Translations under genes and position numbers: made by a program
Assembly (NCBI GenBank): GCA_964516285.1
Contig: CAZEWP010000001.1
Coordinates: 13,272-75,958, forward strand
Length of the DNA: 62,687 bases
DNA from: an uncultured Candidatus Saccharimonas sp.
GTDB lineage: Bacteria > Patescibacteriota > Saccharimonadia > Saccharimonadales > Saccharimonadaceae
Direction: 5' to 3'
Part shown: piece by piece, positions 60,354 through 62,687 of the stretch
How positions within the stretch are numbered: the stretch's first letter is position 1
Layout: each line of letters starts with the position of its first letter
Notes under the pieces: generated by a model
Databases searched by the model: none
Told to the model about the DNA's origin: nothing
The model's input: the letters and a program-made list of their open reading frames with translations, nothing else

Positions 60354-60430
60354 CGGGGTGTGGCGCAGTTGGCTAGCGCGCGCGGTTTGGGACCGTGAGG
60401 TCGAAGGTTCGAGTCCTTTCACCCCGACCA
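60354..60430 (+). tRNA. tRNA-Pro: tRNA-Pro (anticodon UGG), CCA encoded
   Basis: Acceptor CGGGGTG/CACCCCG, anticodon arm CGCGG-TTTGGGA-CCGTG, T arm GAAGG-TTCGAGT-CCTTT. Confidence 0.88.
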
Positions 60431-62266
60431 AGAAGTATTTTCGCTTAAATCCACCATCAAATCGTATGGTGGATTTAGCTTTATAACAGATATAAAGTTG
60501 TCATTTGCTCGGAGGTTCAACACTACCTCACGATAGACTAAATCTTCTTCGACCACATCGGTCGTTTTTAGTATGGTTTCCAGATAAGAATTGATGAGTT
60601 CAACAAATTCTTCACGAGTTGGCAAAGCTTTGCTTAGTTGCGTCTTTTCGTCTTCTAGCCTCTTTATAATCTCCTCGATAGAGTTTATCTGAGCTTGGTG
60701 AAATTCAAGTTTACCCTTGTGGTGTTGTTTATACTCCACAGGATTAGACACCTGAAAGGTCTGGTATTTAGCATAGAAATCTCTTTGTAGCTTGAGGTCT
60801 TTTTTGGCATCGTTGAGCTTGCGTCTATTGGTCTCTTTTTTGATAATTACATCTTGCTCGATACGGTCTATGTATCGCTTATGAGCCTCGTCTACGTTTT
60901 TCGTTAGGTGTCGCAACGTCCACTCAATATGAGCGTTTACATATTTTGCCCTAATGCCCTTTGGTAGTTTATGCCCATATTTCAAGATAGCTTCTTTATC
61001 GTTATGGCGAAGACACTCTTTATTGCGACAATAGTAACTCAATAGCCACTTACCCTTATTCTTGCCACGAGGTATTTTGGTGCGTTGAAACGTCATTACC
61101 CTATCGCAAAAATCACAAATAACTTTTTCTCGTAGCAAACCATATTCGAGTCGTTGAGCCACGTTGCCACGACCCTTAAATTCCTTGTCAAAACTAGCCG
61201 ATATATTGCGACCAAGTTGTATAAATTCATCTGGCGTCATTAAAGGCAAGAAGTTGTATTGGTCGTTTAAGTTTGAGATATTGTCACCGTGCTTATAGAC
61301 GCCAGTGTAGAACTCGTCAGTTAAAAAGTCCGACACCATATTCTTAGTCATTTTTACGAGCTTATATTCATCTTGTTCTGTCTTGCGAACGCTCAAATGC
61401 GAGTCATTCAGAAAGTCTGCTATATCTTCGCCAGTAGCACGGTCATTAAGCCTCATTAAGACGGCTTTGCGGAGTAATTGCCAGTTATGTTCATCTGGCT
61501 CGTAATAGCCCGTTGCTGTGTTAACATAGTATCCCTTTTTGACTACGCCTAGATACTTACCGTCTCGGACTGCTCCAGTATTACCACGTTTTACATCTTG
61601 TGATAATTTGTCGCTATATTGCTTCGATGTAGCGAACAAAATACCTAAGAGCATTTTTCCATTTGGCGTGTTATCAAATTGGTATGTTTTGAATAGTAGG
61701 TCTTGGATTTCTTCGTGGTCTACCATTTCAATAATCTGACCGCCCTCAAGCATATTCCTAGATAGTCGGTCGGGCGACCAAGCTATAAGCCCTTGGTATT
61801 TGCCAGTCTTAAAACCTAACATCACCTTATCAAAAATAGGACGATTACCAGACTCTTTAGCGGAGGCACTTTCTTTAAAAATGTCATCAGGGTGTATTTT
61901 TATATTCAACTGTTTGGCAAGTGCCATACACTCAACTTCTTGGTCTTCTAATGAGCGGACTTGTCGCTCTTCGGAATCTGTTGATTTACGAAGATACATA
62001 GCATATCGGCGTCGCTCTTTTGGTAGTAGCTTTTTACTGCCCTCTGCCGACTGAACAAAGAAATCCACTAGATTATCTACGGTGTAGTTGCTCTCTGGTA
62101 AATCTAGTAGGTTTGGGTTTTCTTCTAGCTCTTCAGTTAATACTGATTTAGCCTGTAATAGTTGATTATCACTCAAAATGACACGCTCTTGCTTCTTGCG
62201 TGGTTTACGAGGAACTCCATTATTACTAGCCATACTATCCACATTATACCTTGTCAAAGGGTTCAA
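60419..62266 (-). CDS. Large serine recombinase with an N-terminal extension of about 90 aa
   Basis: 615 aa. YLRKSTDSEERQ..SLEDQ and SPDRLSRN resolvase motifs, a Cys-rich zinc ribbon (CDFCDR...CRNKEC) and a coiled coil. The last 12 nt overlap tRNA-Pro. Confidence 0.85.
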   Translation of the reverse strand: MNPLTRYNVDSMASNNGVPRKPRKKQERVILSDNQLLQAKSVLTEELEENPNLLDLPESNYTVDNLVDFFVQSAEGSKKLLPKERRRYAMYLRKSTDSEERQVRSLEDQEVECMALAKQLNIKIHPDDIFKESASAKESGNRPIFDKVMLGFKTGKYQGLIAWSPDRLSRNMLEGGQIIEMVDHEEIQDLLFKTYQFDNTPNGKMLLGILFATSKQYSDKLSQDVKRGNTGAVRDGKYLGVVKKGYYVNTATGYYEPDEHNWQLLRKAVLMRLNDRATGEDIADFLNDSHLSVRKTEQDEYKLVKMTKNMVSDFLTDEFYTGVYKHGDNISNLNDQYNFLPLMTPDEFIQLGRNISASFDKEFKGRGNVAQRLEYGLLREKVICDFCDRVMTFQRTKIPRGKNKGKWLLSYYCRNKECLRHNDKEAILKYGHKLPKGIRAKYVNAHIEWTLRHLTKNVDEAHKRYIDRIEQDVIIKKETNRRKLNDAKKDLKLQRDFYAKYQTFQVSNPVEYKQHHKGKLEFHQAQINSIEEIIKRLEDEKTQLSKALPTREEFVELINSYLETILKTTDVVEEDLVYREVVLNLRANDNFISVIKLNPPYDLMVDLSENTSWSG

Positions 62267-62300
62267 CGATTTTCTCGCATACGAACAACCGTATAAATAT

Positions 62301-62687
62301 TTAAGTAAGTTTGATAGTCTTTATAGGCTTTAGTCCCTCTGGGTTAATGATTTGTGCTTTTATAGACAATCTTGGTCGTCGCCCCTGCATCTGCTGGTCT
62401 GTAAATGTTTCACCTTTTTTTCTATTGAGAACGATGTCTCTAGGGTGAGTATTTATCCTGTATATATCAACTGTGCCATCAACCACGCCAGTAGGAGCAA
62501 AGTCCATAAATATTAAAACATCCCAAGTTGAAGTAGGACCGAATGATGTCAAGTCACTTTCTATAGAAGTGGACTTTACCTGAATGCCTTCGTGGGTCAC
62601 TAAGTCTACGGCATCGTATGAACGAGCTGTGCCGTTTGTCCTAACAGCATTAAATAGGTAAAACAAACGATTAAATACTTTCTCATC
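62301..62687 (-). CDS. PD-(D/E)xK-like nuclease / restriction-endonuclease-like protein, partial (N-terminus beyond the window)
   Basis: The frame stays open to the window edge (..DEKVFNRLFYLFNAV..). YDAVDLVTHEGIQVKST fits a D...(E/Q)xK nuclease core. The family assignment is tentative. Confidence 0.4.
   Translation of the reverse strand, partial: DEKVFNRLFYLFNAVRTNGTARSYDAVDLVTHEGIQVKSTSIESDLTSFGPTSTWDVLIFMDFAPTGVVDGTVDIYRINTHPRDIVLNRKKGETFTDQQMQGRRPRLSIKAQIINPEGLKPIKTIKLT

Larger units (their letters stand above)
60419..62687. mobile_element. Left end of an integrated element at the 3' end of tRNA-Pro (continues beyond the window)
   Basis: The serine recombinase gene ends inside the tRNA acceptor stem, and a nuclease-like gene follows. 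The other end is not in the window. Confidence 0.55.

Overview
The window looks like a compact, gene-dense segment of a small bacterial genome. The backbone is roughly 40-45% GC by eye and is coded mostly on the minus strand. It carries housekeeping genes: mnmA, metG, rsmA, pcrA/uvrD, tpiA, pyk, folD, xfp phosphoketolase, murB, murA, an archaeal-type proS and lysS. It also carries a type IV pilin operon, a sortase-B surface-protein operon and 8 tRNA genes. This gene content suggests a Patescibacteria/CPR, Saccharibacteria-like organism. That assignment is inference only. Several compositionally foreign modules sit in this backbone. (1) A low-GC island (about 17.1-23.3 kb) encodes a radical-SAM/SPASM maturase, followed by an unannotated 49-aa Cys-Cys peptide ORF. 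Downstream are a DUF84 NTPase, a membrane GNAT/FeeM-like acyltransferase, a ThiF/E1-like enzyme and a SAM methyltransferase. The methyltransferase is translationally coupled to a histidine kinase with about 9 TM helices and a GAF domain. I consider this candidate RiPP/signalling locus the most interesting feature. (2) A ~60% GC single-gene cassette next to tRNA-Glu is bracketed by 28/30-bp inverted repeats. (3) A ~25% GC integrative mobilizable element lies between tRNA-His and tRNA-Gly. It has a large serine recombinase, a MobV relaxase and an oriT-like site. (4) A second serine-recombinase element abuts tRNA-Pro and runs off the right edge. No rRNA genes or CRISPR arrays were seen. All family calls come from motif recognition by eye, not from searches.
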